A stretch of DNA of 64,000 bases from Saccostrea cucullata (GCF_032062105.1 NW_026926647.1:186001-250000), one strand, 5' to 3'. Numbered from the stretch's first letter, positions 24,905 to 39,666 are shown. A program made the numbers and translations. The notes: generated by a model from the sequence alone, not told the origin.

Positions 24905-25861
24905 TATGATAATTGTGTGGTTTACATTAAATATACCATAATTCATATCAAATACTTTGAGATGGTATTTTTAGGTTTTTTATAAGCTTATTAACACATG
25001 TAATCAATCTAAATTCTTGAATGAGTCTATCATGGACTTGAAAATATACAAAAACCTATAAATGTTTGTAATATTTTTCATCAGAAAACATCTCTCAACA
25101 AATTATTATAAGCGATCTATATCTTAAAGTCTTTAAAACAATGTATATGTCACATGATAGGATAACAAAATGTGAATAAAAGTATTCATGACAAGCAATG
25201 GATGTCAAGGTTTACTACCTTTTACATTTTTAATGTGATTAATTCATATGGAAAGATATGGAAAGATATATTTTTGAAATTGAATGATATTAAGAGTATT
25301 TGTTACATTCAGGGGAATGAGCGATTAGAATGATTTAAATGTCGAGTTTATTCTAACAGACACATCCATCTGTGTCTGCATTGATTTTCACCATGATAGT
25401 TACAAGCAGTTAAAATCCTATTGCTTTCTTGAACAGTATTAATCAAGTAAGAAGTATTCTTTTCTTCTTTAGTTCTTCCTATAATGGATAGTATATACAC
25501 ACAATAAAAATAAGCCATAAATGAATGCATGAGTGTCATATCTTTAGAATAAATTTCCTGATACTTAGTATATGCAATTCTACAAGCTTCTTAAAGTTAT
25601 TTAGCAAGATGTTGACAGGTAAAGAATCTTTTTTTTTTCATCCGGAATTATGATTGGCTAGAACTGATATTGCAAACATAGAAAACAAAACAATAAAAAC
25701 ATACGATTTTTTTATTGTGTTTGTTTAAGGACATCAGTAATCATTGCTAAGTAGTAATATTTTAATCTGAGGAGGACTTAATACGAAAAGGTGACATTTT
25801 TTCGTACGAAGTGCACAAAATGGTTGTGATGGGTTATCATTATCTATCCCCTCTAATCACC

Positions 25862-25881
25862 TTTTTAGCTCACCTGAGCCA

Positions 25882-25923
<42 letters not shown>

Positions 25924-25993
25924 TGTTGTCGTCGTCGTCGTTGTCGTTGGCGTTGTCGTTGTCGTCGTTAACTTTAAACATTTTATCTTCTTC

Positions 25994-26046
<53 letters not shown>

Positions 26047-27058
26047 AAAGGGGATTCAAGTTTCTTCAAAAGAAGGGCCACGCCTTTTTCCAAGGGGAGA
26101 TAATCATGATTTAGAGAAAATTTATTGGCATTTTTAAAATATCTTATCCTCAAGAACCACTGGGCCAGGAAAGATAAATACTCTTTTGGAATCATCCTCA
26201 TTAAAGTAGATTTAAGTTTGTTCAAGTCATACCCCCGGGGGTAGGGGCCAAAATGGCGATCAAAGTTTTACATAGGAATATATAGGAAAAATCTTTAAAA
26301 ATCTTCTTCTCAAGAACCACTGGGCCAGGAAAAATTAAACTCATGTGGAATCATCCTCAGGTAGAGTAGATTCAAGTTTGTGCAAGTCATGACCCCCGGG
26401 GGTAGGGCGGGGCCAAAATGGCCGATCAAAGTTTTACATAGGAATATATAGGGAAAATCTTTAAAAATCTTCTTCTCAAGAAACTGGGCCAGGAAAGATG
26501 AAATCAAGTATCATCCTCAGGTAGTCTTTTCAAGTTTTTCAAGTCATGAGTAGGGCGGGGCCAAAATGGCCGATCAAAGTTTTACATAGGAATATAAAGG
26601 AAAAATCTTTTAAAAATCTTCTTCTCAAGAACCATTGAAACAGGAAAGATGAAACTCGTGTGAAATTAGGTAATGTAGATTCAAGTTTGTTAAATTTCAT
26701 GATATATACGGGGGTAACGGGGCCAAAATGGCCGATCAAAGTTTAACATAGGAATATATAGGAAAAATCTTTAAAGTTATTTAGCAAGATGTTGACAGGA
26801 AAGAGAATCTTTTTTTTTTCATCCTCAGGAATTATGATTCAAGTTTGAAGTCATGATAATGCAAAATAGAAAACAAAACAATAAAATATATACGACCTTT
26901 TTTTATTGTGTTTGTTTCAAAGGACATCAGTAATCATTGCTAAGTAGTAATATTTTAATCTGATCCCCTTGGAGGACTTAATACTTAAAAAAGGTGACAT
27001 GTGTTTTTTTCCTAGCTGATGTGCTCAGGTGAGCGCTGTGGCCCCTGGGTCTCTTTTT
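25862..27058 (+). mobile_element. Non-autonomous Helentron carrying a Cg170-like ~166-bp satellite array
   Basis: 5' TTTTTAGCTCACCTGAGCCAAAGGCTCAAGTGAGC, (GTC/GTT)n tract, ~4-5 units containing TCTTCTTCTCAAGAACCACTGGGCCA, and 3' CAGGTGAGCG..GGCCCCTGGGTC. Confidence 0.85.
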
Positions 27059-29865
27059 CTATTCCTCTGGTATTTCCAATGGTCCATATCTTCTTGATTT
27101 GACTCATATGACAGTATTTTATACACTGATTTTTTTAGATTTCCACTTTTTTTCATTTAGCTTAGAAGAGAAATGTCACTATGAGCCACAATAAGTATTT
27201 TTTTTTATTATACTTTATATTTTAGTCTGTTTGATTTTTCATATTCATATTAAAGACGAAGAAGCTAGGATGTAATTGTTATTTTGCCATTGTCAGATCG
27301 GCTAAGACCGTATACTGAATGTACTTACAAAGCATTTAAAATTATTGCGTTTATTTCCCTTTCCTAAGGATTTAAAGTTTTCTATTCTGAGAGCAATATC
27401 TTCATCTAAATGGAAAGTACATCTCCAGTGAAACATTAATACTTAGAGTACTCCCTAAAAACATGTAAAACAGAACTTTCTCAAAATCACATTTTCTTTT
27501 TTATACGAGTAAAGAAAATAGAAGATAAAATGGTTTATACATGTAAAATTGGAACCTTAAATATAATTTCACATTTACTGTTTCACGCTTCACAACAATT
27601 ATATTTGTAGATAACAAACAGTATCTGCACTAAAAGTTCATTTATGCACCTCTAAACACTAGAGGTGGGATCCCGTGTCATGGGGGACTTATCACCCCCA
27701 GTCGACCGAATAAACTAAGTAAAGTTCTTAACTAGTAGTCAATTCAGAATCATATTTTTTTTCATCATCTCTAGTTATAGTTAATGTTGCAACTAAATAT
27801 ATCACACATTTAGACAAGTGTCGGCATTAAAATTTTTGAAAGACACATATATCTCTTTATTTTTCAACTCATCCTCATTTAAATCTATAAAATATATTTT
27901 AATTATCGTAGGAACGACATGGACGATAAAATTTTGAATTATTTTGCTTTTTATTTACATCCATTAAAATCTCCGACGCTGTTGAAAGCAAACATGTTTT
28001 TATTTGAGGTTTAGAATTTCATCAAATTTTAATTAATTTCCATACAAAATATTTAATACTTCTTTGGTTTGTAAAGCACATCAAAAAACATTATTACAGG
28101 ATATTAATAGATTCATAAATGGTATAAAGCCATTTTTGTGAATTAAATCTTTTTCTTTATGACTCTTATAAAATACAATTAAATTCATTGCCATTTTTAA
28201 AAAGCAATAGGGAGGAATATAAATGTTGGACAAATGTTTTAACCAGATGGAAAGAAAAAAACTTAATTTTTTTTCATTTCTTTGTTTTTTAACGAAATGA
28301 ATGGATAGCTGAAGTATAAAAACGCGCAATCACTCTTAAAAAAAACCCTCAAGCTTCTTAAGTAATATATCACCGTAGAAATTTGCTTTAACCAACAGTA
28401 ATTAAGTTTAAAAGAACATTTGAAAACACAATATTAGCAAAGCTTACGCGAATCTTTACAAACGTGAGATATTGGTTTGTGTGCCATTAAGGAGGTGCAT
28501 CCCTTGTCCTCCATGCATTGAAATTGACGACATTAATATATGTTATTAATTTAAAGTTTACTATAGATAAAATGTTCATCAGTAAATTTATAGAATTAAT
28601 TTGACCACAGTTTATTATAATATGTTTACTGTGAGCATATTTACAGGCATTTCAAAATATTTTATTAGTTAAATGGTATAGTTCTTCATGAAATAAAATA
28701 ATACACTTAAAAATCATCTTTTCAAAAATATATAAAAATAAACCAAATACATTTTAATTTCAACATCCATTTGCAAGAACATGTTTCATGTATTTGTGAA
28801 TTCAACATAGTAACATTTTTAATTATAAGAAATAATAACATATAATCTATTTTGCTATTCACAAAACTAAAAAAATCCAAAAAGGAAATAGTAACGACCA
28901 TCAATGAACGAAAAATTTAAGTATGCAGGTGGAGGTTATATGATTGTTAATGACGTTTTTCTCTTCGTCAGGTTATTATTTTATTTCTTTCACTCATAAA
29001 TGTTCCCTTTATGATATTGACAAAAGAATTTAATCAACGTAAACATAGTCTATCCGGACTGAGTCAGGACTCAACTGTTTTTTATTCACATTCTTAATGA
29101 ACTCCGTAATCTATGTCTGTGTGTGTAGCAATAAAAGCATCATATTTACAGTAAATTAGGTCAAGTTTAAGATAACGTTTGCTAGTAAATAAAAATGAAT
29201 TGGTGGTAAGGTTTTTAAAAACACATATATATGTATCATTAATTTTCAATATTCATTAAACATAGAATTGCTTTCGTAAATAACATAAATCTTCAGATCT
29301 TATTTATATTTTTTTGAAATGTATAACATTGGGTGTGGTCTATTTTACGAATTATTTACATGTAAATTAAAATACTTGCCGCCGATTTAGTCATATATTC
29401 ACCATCTTTATTAGCTGAAACATAACATGCCATTTGGAAGACAGGGAAGAAAACGTGATTTTACGCCTACATAAAGCGTTCTCAACTCTTCAACTAAAAA
29501 AAATCCAGTTAGATTTATTTCTGGTATTTTTTTTTACCTACACATGAATCATGAAATCCATATAAATACACACAAATGAAATAGTTAATTTCGATGGTTG
29601 TTGCTGTATAATTAATGATGAATGAATCATTAGGGATATATATTTATCCATTCAATGATGATTTTTCTTTCAGCGTCAATACACATGTAACTCCAAGAAC
29701 ATGTGGAGATACAGAGATTTTTTTAAGTCTGTTCAAACAATTCAGATAATGGACAGAACAAACTGGGATCTTTGAAAATAAAAGTGGTGTCAGGTGCCAT
29801 AAAGCCCTAAAAAATCCCCTAAAGAAGTAAGACAAAGAAAGTCTACAAGATTGCTGATGATATAA

Positions 29866-30016
29866 TACCGTATAGCGGGTTATTTTAGCGGGGTGCTTAT
29901 TTTGGCGTTTTGATGGTACCTAAATAAATAAGTTAAATTACTTAAAATGAATGGCATACCTTTGAGCAGTCCAAACGCCAAATTTCACATCCGCCAAAAA
30001 AACTCGCTACACGGTA
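29866..30016. mobile_element. TA-flanked Tc1/mariner-type MITE
   Basis: TA|CCGTATAGCGGGTTATTT ... AAAAAACTCGCTACACGG|TA. Confidence 0.75.
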
Positions 30017-30127
30017 TGTTCTTTTTATCAAAGTATGATATATCTTTTAATTATAATCTTAAACAGCTTCTTTGGTTATAAATATATAAAACACCTAATG
30101 TTTTGATGATTAATATATGTTTTTAAG

Positions 30128-30297
30128 ATCCCATTCGAGAGAATTTATCACTCGTATAGAGACATCACGTTTTTCAAGGGAAAGGCTTCAACGTTTGACC
30201 TTTATTCGGTACATGCAACCATTGAGCAGTGAGGGATCTTTATCGTATCAATGTCTACCGTGATACGGGTCTCGGTTTTTAAGGTCTCATCCGATGG
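30128..30297 (-). mobile_element. Meta-core SINE fragment
   Basis: Reverse complement of the 8158-8430 family (CTCGGTTTTTAAGGTCTCATCCGA; CCATTGAGCAGT). Confidence 0.65.
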
Positions 30298-31654
30298 AAA
30301 CGCAACTTTAATTACCGTAACGTCACATGCTGCTAAATTTCAGAGAGAAAAACAACAAATATACATGTACGTTTGACATATATCGAGATAACGAACAGTA
30401 TTCAAGCTCAAAAGTCCATAAAACAAAACATAATAGGTTCAGACCAAACACGGACGTCCGAAACATCAGAGGGATCGGATCATTTAATATTTTATGTTCC
30501 TTAGTTCTCCTGCCAAACGACTGAGCTTGTTTTTTGATAAACAGGCAAAAACAAATAACATCATGCTGAAGTGAAATATGAAAAATTCAGCAGTTCAATA
30601 AACCATGCTTTCTCGTTTGGTAAACGGATCAATAATGATCACGTGGAAAAGGGTAAAATTAGTTCAAAAAAGGAACCGAAGCTACTTAGTATAAAACTAA
30701 GTCCAATACAGACACTGTTTTATAATAACATAATAAACAAGAACATGTCACATAAATGAAATTATTTGCAATAATTACTATTGCTCTAAACATAGAGTCT
30801 CGTTCGACCGGATAAGTAGGCTCGACTGTCTCTGTATATTTCGATGTCATGTGAATCATATTCTGGACGGTTTCCAGTGCGGTATGAAGTTTGAGGAGGC
30901 GGATCAACATTAAAAGTGTGAGCTGTGTATAGGTTTTTTGATAGTACAACTGCGCTCACTCTAACAATCAAAACGTAAAAACATATTCTTATCTTTTTCT
31001 CATCTCATTAAGTATTAACCATGACATAAAGTAAAGGCCAAATGAAATTTATTAAACGGAAATGTATATTGTGTATTCAAGATATTCTAATTAAGCGATA
31101 CACTTTAACTTGAATGATAGGTAGATATATGTACAATAAAAATTGATCTGAAATTGTGAAGATAATAAAAATACCACTAAAGGTCAGGATGAGAAGAGAA
31201 ATATGCTTCAATTGAACCATATTCTTGTAATGAGAAGTGACAGGGTTTTTTTTTTGTTGGTCAACAGAAATATCTAATTAGATATTAAGGCATTTATAAA
31301 AATGAGTGAATATAAATATTGACCAAAAAATAATATTGCTTTCTAATTACACATTGATTAGAGGGGCAAACAACTTTGACCCCTGGAAAGATTATAGGCA
31401 GAACAGTCTAAGCATCCCCTGTTGAACAGTCAAACCCACCGGGAACATTTATGAAATAAAAGAATTAATGTCGTCACAAATTATATAAAACTTGTCAGAG
31501 AAAATATGGCCCAACGCAAAGTACAGCTGTATATACAGGGTATCCCAAAACATATGTTACACTTTAAACTGTAATAAAAATTCTTAACATTTAGTATTTA
31601 TCCTGACAACAATATTTAAGCAAGTTTAGTTTAAATAGGTCTTTAAGTTCACTG

Positions 31655-32209
31655 GGAATTAATCTGATCCAAAAACTTTAAACTGGTCACTCATTTGGAA
31701 AATGTAGGTCAGATCCAGCATCCGGAGCAAGTCTGGTAGTGTCCATCCCTAGATGCATCATCCATGCAAATTTGGTCCGGGTAGGGCTTATAGTTACTTG
31801 GAAATGGACCTGCTCCAAAAACTTAAACCTGGTCACTCATCTGGAAAATGTAGGTCAGATCAAGCATCAGAAGCAAGTCTGGTAATGTCCATCCCTAAAT
31901 GCATCATCCATGCAAGTTTGGTCCGGGTAGGGTCTATAGTTACATATGTACTTGGGAATGGACCTGCTCCAAAAACTTTAACTTGGTCACTCATCTAGAA
32001 AATGTAGGTCAGATCCAGCATCCGAAGCAAGTCTGTTAGTGTCCATCCCTAAATGCATCATCCATGCAAGTTTGGTCTGGGTAGGGCTTATAGTTACTTG
32101 GCAATGGACGTGCTCCTAAAACTTTAACCGGGACGTCGACGCCGAAACCGACGCCGATGCGGGGGGTATAGCATAAGCTCATCTCGACTTCGTCGAGGTG
32201 AGCTAAAAA
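31655..32209 (-). mobile_element. Non-autonomous Helentron with three ~146-154-bp internal tandem units
   Basis: The minus-strand 5' end reads TTTTTAGCTCACCTCGACGAAGTCGAGATGAGCT, followed by a (GGCGTC)-type tract. Units start at ~31669, 31815 and 31969. Confidence 0.8.
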
Positions 32210-32394
32210 TTGAATTGACCGTATCCAGAGCATTTTTCCCCAAACATTGTAAAATTAGTAGTAAATAAACATTTTTAACTCTCTTTTAAAACACAAAATG
32301 AGAAATTTCATATTTCATATTTTTCATCTGGTAGGTTTGGAAGGGAACATTTCAACAAATCAAAACCTTTTACATGTACATCAGATAAAATGAT

Positions 32395-35300
32395 AGTTGT
32401 CAGTTTTTGTCACATTGCGTAAAAACATATTACTGAGTCTATTTTTGACACACATCTTACTCATGAGGTGAAGAGGGAAAATAATTCACAATAATGATCT
32501 TACATAATCAAAATCCTTTTATAATTTTTCACCGAAAAAGGTTTATTGAAATAGAATATGACATCAAAACTCCTTAAATCCAATAATTAATAAATATTTC
32601 GTTCTCACCATTTGAAAACTAATTTAGTTTAAAGATAAATGTGTCAATAGAAATGATGAATATTTAGTTTTCAACACTTGAAAACTATTTAAAAAGATAA
32701 ATGTGTCAATGGAAATGAGGCTGTCACAATAGATATATTTTTTTTCTTTTTTATACATGTATGTCGACCCATGTCACGGACAGCACTAACGTGTTATCAG
32801 TACATGGTATTTCAAAATAAATTTAAGGAATTAAATGATACGTAATAATTAAACGTGATATTAAAGCTTATACCGGTAGTCCATTTCATCTGTCACAATT
32901 GACGGTTACATTACCGTAGATCAATCAAACGTGCTTCAGTTTTCGACTTTTTTGAAGACTTGCAGAGCTTATATTGTGACGAAGAAGTCTTTACCGATTT
33001 AGACTTCTCTTGGTCTAGAAAAATGACACTTTGATTAATTTTAGTACTATTTATTCACTTCAGAAATACTTGTACCTTGAATAAATGCAGTGACATATAT
33101 TATTAAGCCCTCACATATATTTTTCCTCATTTCATTGATTTAAACCAGACCATAGAAACAAAGTTAAAATTGTTTAATAAATGCAGTTAATAATAACAGG
33201 TAATAACGAAATATATTTAAATCTCTATTCTACAAAACCACAATTTTTAAATTCAGGTACACACATAGCCATACACAATTTCTATGAATAGCATATGCTG
33301 AATAAAACACGTCACAATGTGAAAAAAAAGGTCACTTGTGAAAAATACATTTTCAACAAACAACTGTACAATTTATTGTATATCTTAGAAATCCCTCTAC
33401 AGTATCATATCATAATTTGTACACAGTTTATTGAGATAAATGAGTTCCTATAAATTCAATTAATGATTGGATTGATCGTTTTAGTGAAGGAAGGCTGATG
33501 GTTAAAAATGATACTTGTCATCTTGCCCAGTGAAAGCAAGTTTGAAAACATATGTATTTTTAATTAAGCAATTTGCTATCAAAGACCTCTAATTCACACT
33601 TTAAAAAATAGTTGAATATTTGAACAATAATATAAATTAAATTGGTTTACTTTAGATTTTAAACATATTAGATATGATAAAAAGGAGCACCCATCCACCT
33701 TGAATAAAGGTCTCTCCTGAGACAGAAGATTTGTGTTTTAATGGTCGTCATGCTTATTTTTGGAAAGGATATTCTTATCCACCCATTCTGTTGCTGAGAT
33801 ATGACCATTGCCGACAAATGAACTATTCTTGTAATAAAAATTAACTCACATGGAAAGAATATAAAAGTCAGTAAAATCTTTCAACTTTTGTGACAGAACG
33901 CTACGGAGGGGGTCACGTGACCGCCAATATCACGTGATTCACGCATGCGCAGAACGGTGGTTGATGTGCATTAAAATCAGGGAAGATTGATTTTTTTTAA
34001 AACCAAATATTGTTTCTTTTATGGAAGTTATTCAATTAGTTCGCGAACTTTTTGATCACCTCTCGTATATTCAAAATTATTCTCTTTTTAAACTCAGGAA
34101 AGTGGGAGACACTGGGTATGCGCAATTAAACAGAAATAAAAAAAGGACTTTGAAATATACATTTTTAATAGAACCTATTCAATTTTAGTCAGTTTTAATA
34201 TTTTTACGGTGTTATTTTAACTTTTCAGACTTCTAGATAGCATCGTGGTTGCACTGTAATGACACTTGTAAAGAAGAAATAATCTTTTCTCTACTAACTT
34301 TCAATAATACTTATTTGGTTTTATAATTGATACCACGACCTTGTACATTGAATCATCGTCGGATATGTCCGTTATTTCACGATCACGACAAGGAACACAC
34401 CCCGGGTGTGACTTGTTGGCATGGGATGCTCTCTTTGAATAACATCGTTGTCATGCTTCAAAAGTATTGTTTATTGGACGTTTTAGCTTGAAAAATGTTC
34501 GATATCCCCATAAATGTCATTCAGAGCATTCCTCAACAAAAACTAACTTTAGTCAATTAAATTTAAGTGAAAACTTTAATACTTTGATTTACTATGAAAC
34601 TTTACTTAGGGACTTTTTTCCAGATTTCAATGCATGGAATCTCTTAAATTTGATAACAGTGATGTAAAATTTATAAATTTTGTATGAATATAAATTGATA
34701 ACTTCCATTTAGTATAAAAATGTGCATTTATGAATTTAAGAACATGACATTTAACGATCTGAAATCCATAGTAAAGTACTTTGATTTACTTTAGTAAAAG
34801 ATTTGACCTACTACAGAAATAAATGTTGATACTATAGGTGACTACTGTGAATTATAGTCAACTATGGTGTTTTTCCGTTAGGAAATTTTCCAGTCATGCT
34901 TTTCTCCAGGCATTTATGACTAATAGATTTGTAAACCCGTACTTCTGTGGTGTCTGGTAGTGGCTAGTCTAAAGATCAAAATGGCTTTTCAAATCGGTAA
35001 ATCAGATACACTTTTATTTTCAAGTAGTCCAAAGTAACATATATATATTAATAGCTAATGATGCGCTATATATTATTTCTTTTCAGTGTTCTTTTAAAAT
35101 AATGTACAATTTCATATTCTTTAGTGCCATTGTCTTCCTTCAAGGAAACTTTCAAACACATTTAAAGCAATTCCACATTAAATAAAAAGATTCTTGTCAG
35201 TTTTTGTTTTATTGAGTAAAATTTATTGCTTAATCTATTTTTGACAAACATTTTACACGTGAGGTGACGAGAAAAAGAGAGAGAAAAATTACTCATAATA

Positions 35301-38300
35301 ATGTTGTTCCATTAATAAAATTCATTTATAATTTTTCCTCAAAAAAAGGATTTAACGACATGAAACATTACGCCAGAAAACCCTTAAAGCTGATGATAAA
35401 TATTTCTTTCACAACGTTTGAAAGCTATTTAAGTTTAAAGATAAATGTGTCAATGGAAATGAGGCTGTCACAATAGATATAAAACTTTTCTTTTCATACA
35501 TGTATGTCGTCACAGGTCACTAACGTGTTATCAGTACATGCTATTTTAAAACGAATTTAAGCCATTAAAAGATACGTGTTAATCAAACGTGATATTTAGC
35601 CTTAAAGTTCATTTCATCTGTCACAATCGACGGTTACATTACCGTAGATCAAAAACGTGCTTCAAATTTCGACTTTTTTGAAGACTTTCAGAGTTGATAT
35701 TGTGATGATGAAGTCCAATCTTTACCGATTTAGACTTTTCATCGTTTTGAAGAGTGACACTTTAATTAATTTTAATACAATTTATTCATTTCTGAAATAC
35801 CTCAGAGAAATGCAGTAATATATATTATTAAGCTCTCTCATACATTTTTCCTCGTATCATTAATCTAAACCAGACCATAAAGAAAGTTAAAATTGTTAAA
35901 TAAGTGCAGTTACAAAGGTCAATGCATCAGAAAATAACAGGTATTAAAATAATATATTTAAAAATTCTTTTAGGCTTTTAATTAAAGAAAGTAGGAGAAA
36001 CTGAGTAGAAAATTAAAGGGAAAATGATTTTTTTAAACGGCTTTGAAATATACCTTTGTAATAATGATTGGTGTTTTACAATTTCAGCTAGTTTTTTTAT
36101 TAAATACGGTGTTATTTTACTTCACTTCACAGGGTCTTTTACTTTTAGATGGCAGCGTAGTTGGACCGTGATGACACATATTTATATAGAAGAAATAGTT
36201 CTTTTTTCTCTATTAACTTTCAATACGAAATACTCATTTTATCTGATCATTACGTAGGACAAACAACGGCTGTGTCCTTTTATTGGGGTATTTTCTACAC
36301 CTTCTGACACCGGATTCTATCTCAGCCTTTTCCGGGATCCCGGATTAATACCCCTTTAACAGATTTGAAATATCTGTAATTGCTTTATTGGTTTTTCTTT
36401 TTAATTTAGTCACCTTGTCTATAATCATTGAAATTGGGATTCAACATATTGTTCACGACTTTGTAATTCTCTTTACAGTTAGTAATTCTCATAACAGCTA
36501 GACAAACATTACGTCCCTAATGAAAACTATTTCAAAACATAATTTAAAATAATTTAAAGGTCTTATCCATTTACATAATCAAAGCGAAATATCTTTATAT
36601 ACATTACGACATGCCTTGAATAACATCGTTGACACTGATAGTACATGCATGTATATTGTTTCAGAGACCTGAATAAAGAAGTATCTAAAAATACATGAGA
36701 ACACGGAACTGAATAAGTACATATGTCAACATGCAAGGTTTTGACGTCATTATTAACTCTGTATCAGGAAAGGTTAAATCCTTTTACGACATAGCTTATA
36801 CGTTCCTTAGACAAAAGCTTATGTTTGTTTACAAAGGCTATGTCACAAGTGTCATCATTTCTCATTTAAAATATCCCCCTTATCTACTTTCTCTCATTTC
36901 ATATATTTCACTCATTAAAACAAAAATTACCAAATTTTAACCTTGGCTATAACGTTTGAACTCTTACTGGTAGCATGAAAGCTTTCAAGTTGCATAGGTG
37001 TTTTTACCAGAAACTTCAACCCTCATCATAGGATGTCATACGGTACATCGGTGTTTCACAAACACGTCTTGTTTCAAGCTATAAATCATAAATTCACAAT
37101 CAGGAAAAACAAAGTCTATCAATTGAACAATACTTTTGTAAATAGAAGTGTTAAAGTTTTCTCTAAAGGGGACATTTCAAGTGTAAATATCTAATTAGAT
37201 CATATATAAATAGAAGTAAGTGAATATAAATATTGAAATAATGAATTGAAAAAGATATTTAAATCCACAGTCTTGAAAAATTCTCTCTTATTTCACATTG
37301 TGCTTTTAATAAAAAAATAATTGATGTGAAAATGACAGTTAACAAAAATTATCTGATACATAAAAAGGAAAAATTAACTGGAAATATAAAAGGCAGTGAT
37401 ATATATATAGTATATAGTGGTATATATCAATAAAAAAAGGGGGGAAAAGAAAATTATGACGACCAACCACAGAATCTCGGAAAAGACAACTTACTTATTA
37501 CGGGTTTCTGATATTATTATTTGTTAATTCAAACTCTGGTAATGACTAGTCTAAAGATCAAAATGGCTTTTCAAATCGGTAAATCGGATACACTTTTATT
37601 TTCAAGTAGTCCAAAGTAATATATAAGCTAATGATGCGCTATATATTATTTCTTTTCAATACTCTTTTAAAATAGTGTACAATTTCATATTCTTTAATGC
37701 CATTGTCTACCTTCACGGAAACCTTCAAGCACATTTAAAGCAATTCTACATTAAATAAAAAGATTCTTGTCAGTTGTTTTGTCTTATTGAGTAAAGATTT
37801 ATTGCCTAATCTATTTTTGAAAAATATTTTACACATGAGGTGAAGAGGAAAAGAGAGAGAAAAATTATTCATCATAATGATGTTCCATTAATAAAATCCA
37901 TTTATAATTTTTCCCCCAAAAAGGGACTAAACGACATAAAACATTAAGCAAGAAAACCCTAAAAGTTGATAATTAATATTTTTTTCACAACGTTTGAAAA
38001 CTATTTAAGTTTTAAGATAAATGTTTCAATGGAAATGAGGCTGTCACAATAGATATGAAAATTTTCTTTTCATACATGAATGTCGTCACAGGTCACTAAC
38101 GTTTTATCAGTACATGCTATTTTAAAACGAATTTAAGCCACTAAATGATACGTGTTAATCAAACGTGATATTTAGCCTTATAGTCCATTTCATCTGTCAC
38201 AATTGACGGTTACATTACCGTACATCAAACAAACGTGCTTCATTTTTTGACTTTTTTGAAGACTTGCAGAGCTGATAATGTGATGATGAAGTCTTTACCG

Positions 38301-39454
38301 ATTTAGACTTCTCTTGGTCTAGAAAAGTGACACTTTAATTAATTTTAATACTATTTATTCACTTCTGAAATACCTTAAATAAATGAAGTTACATATATTA
38401 TCAAGCCCTCTCATATATTTTTTCCTCATATTATTAATTTAGACCAGACCATAAATAAAGTTAAAATTATTTAATAAATATAGTTACAAACGTCCGTTGT
38501 TTAGTAGATAACAGGTATTGTTAAAAAAATATATTTAAAATTCTCCTAGGCTTTTAAATTCAGAAAAGTGGGAGACACTGAGTATGCAGCAATTAAAATA
38601 GGAATTTAAAAATGACTTTGAAATATGTATATTTAATCGAACTATTACAATTTTCAGTCAGTTTTTAAAATTTTTTATGGTGTTATTTTTCTTCACTTTA
38701 CAGGGCGTTTTACTTTTAGATATCATCGTAACTGCACCGTAATGGCACATACTTGTAAAGAAATAATCTTTTTTTCTCTACTTACTTTCAATAATAAATA
38801 TTTGGTTTATCTGATCAATACCCAGGACACACAATGGATGTATTCTGTTTCGATAGGGTAGTTTTCTCCTTCCGACATCTGATCCCATCTCATCCTTTTA
38901 AGTGATCCCGGTTTTATACTCCTTTAACAGATTTAATATGTTTTATATGTAGTTTTTTTTAATTTTTCTTTATTGTTTTTTTCTTTTCACCTTAGTCACT
39001 GTGTCTATACTCAGTAAAATTGTGATTCGGGACATTCTTTAAGACTTCGTTTTTCTTTTTACAGCTAACAATTACATTATAGCCCTAATGAAAACTATTT
39101 TAAAACATAATTAAAAAAATATTAAAACTCTTATCAATTTCCATAACCAGAGCGAATGTTTTTAATACACATTACGACATGAGTTGAATAACACCACTGA
39201 TATTGATATTACATGCATGTTTATTATTTTGGAGACTTGAATAAAGAATCACCTACTTATACGTCAGAATCAAAGGAAGGAGAAAATGAAACTGAATAAT
39301 TACATATGTCAAGATGCGGCATTTTGACATTATCAAAATCTGTATCAGGAAACATACAATCCTTTTATTACAAAGCGTATGCGTCCCTTACACAAAAGAT
39401 TATGATTGTTTACAAAGGTTATGTCACTGTCATTGTTATTTCTCATTAAAAATA
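32395..39454. repeat. Triplicated non-coding segment: partial copy ~32395-34335; full copies 34953-36873 and 37535-39454
   Basis: Colinear shared blocks such as CTAGTCTAAAGATCAAAATGGCTTTTCAAATCGG (full copies only), CAATGGAAATGAGGCTGTCACAATAGATAT and GACGGTTACATTACCGTA. Period ~2.58 kb. Confidence 0.92.
33911..33951. promoter_or_regulatory. Compact cluster of transcription-factor-like motifs (two E-boxes, CCAAT, NRF1-like)
   Basis: GGTCACGTGACC, CCAAT, ATCACGTGAT and CGCATGCGCA within 41 bp in AT-rich surroundings. Confidence 0.4.
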
Positions 39455-39579
39455 AATTCTTTCCTTCTGGCAAAATGAGAAAAATTTAATAGTTTATCAA
39501 TTTGAAAATGGAATCTATTAATTGGCCTGTAACTAACATACAGTTTTTTTTAGTTTTGAATGCGAAAATTGGTATTTAC

Positions 39580-39583
<4 letters not shown>

Positions 39584-39662
<79 letters not shown>
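39584..39662 (+). repeat. (GA)n microsatellite
   Basis: Uninterrupted GA run of ~79 bp. Confidence 0.99.

Positions 39663-39666
<4 letters not shown>

Noticed and set aside
25919-26739. ORFs within the satellite-bearing Helentron (also 11457-11848, 31753-32233, 45146-45659)
   Set aside because: They arise from microsatellite and satellite units; no Rep/helicase motifs.
30686-30971. Overlapping minus-strand ORFs in a slightly GC-richer patch
   Set aside because: No domain motif or splice pairing; probably a repeat fragment.
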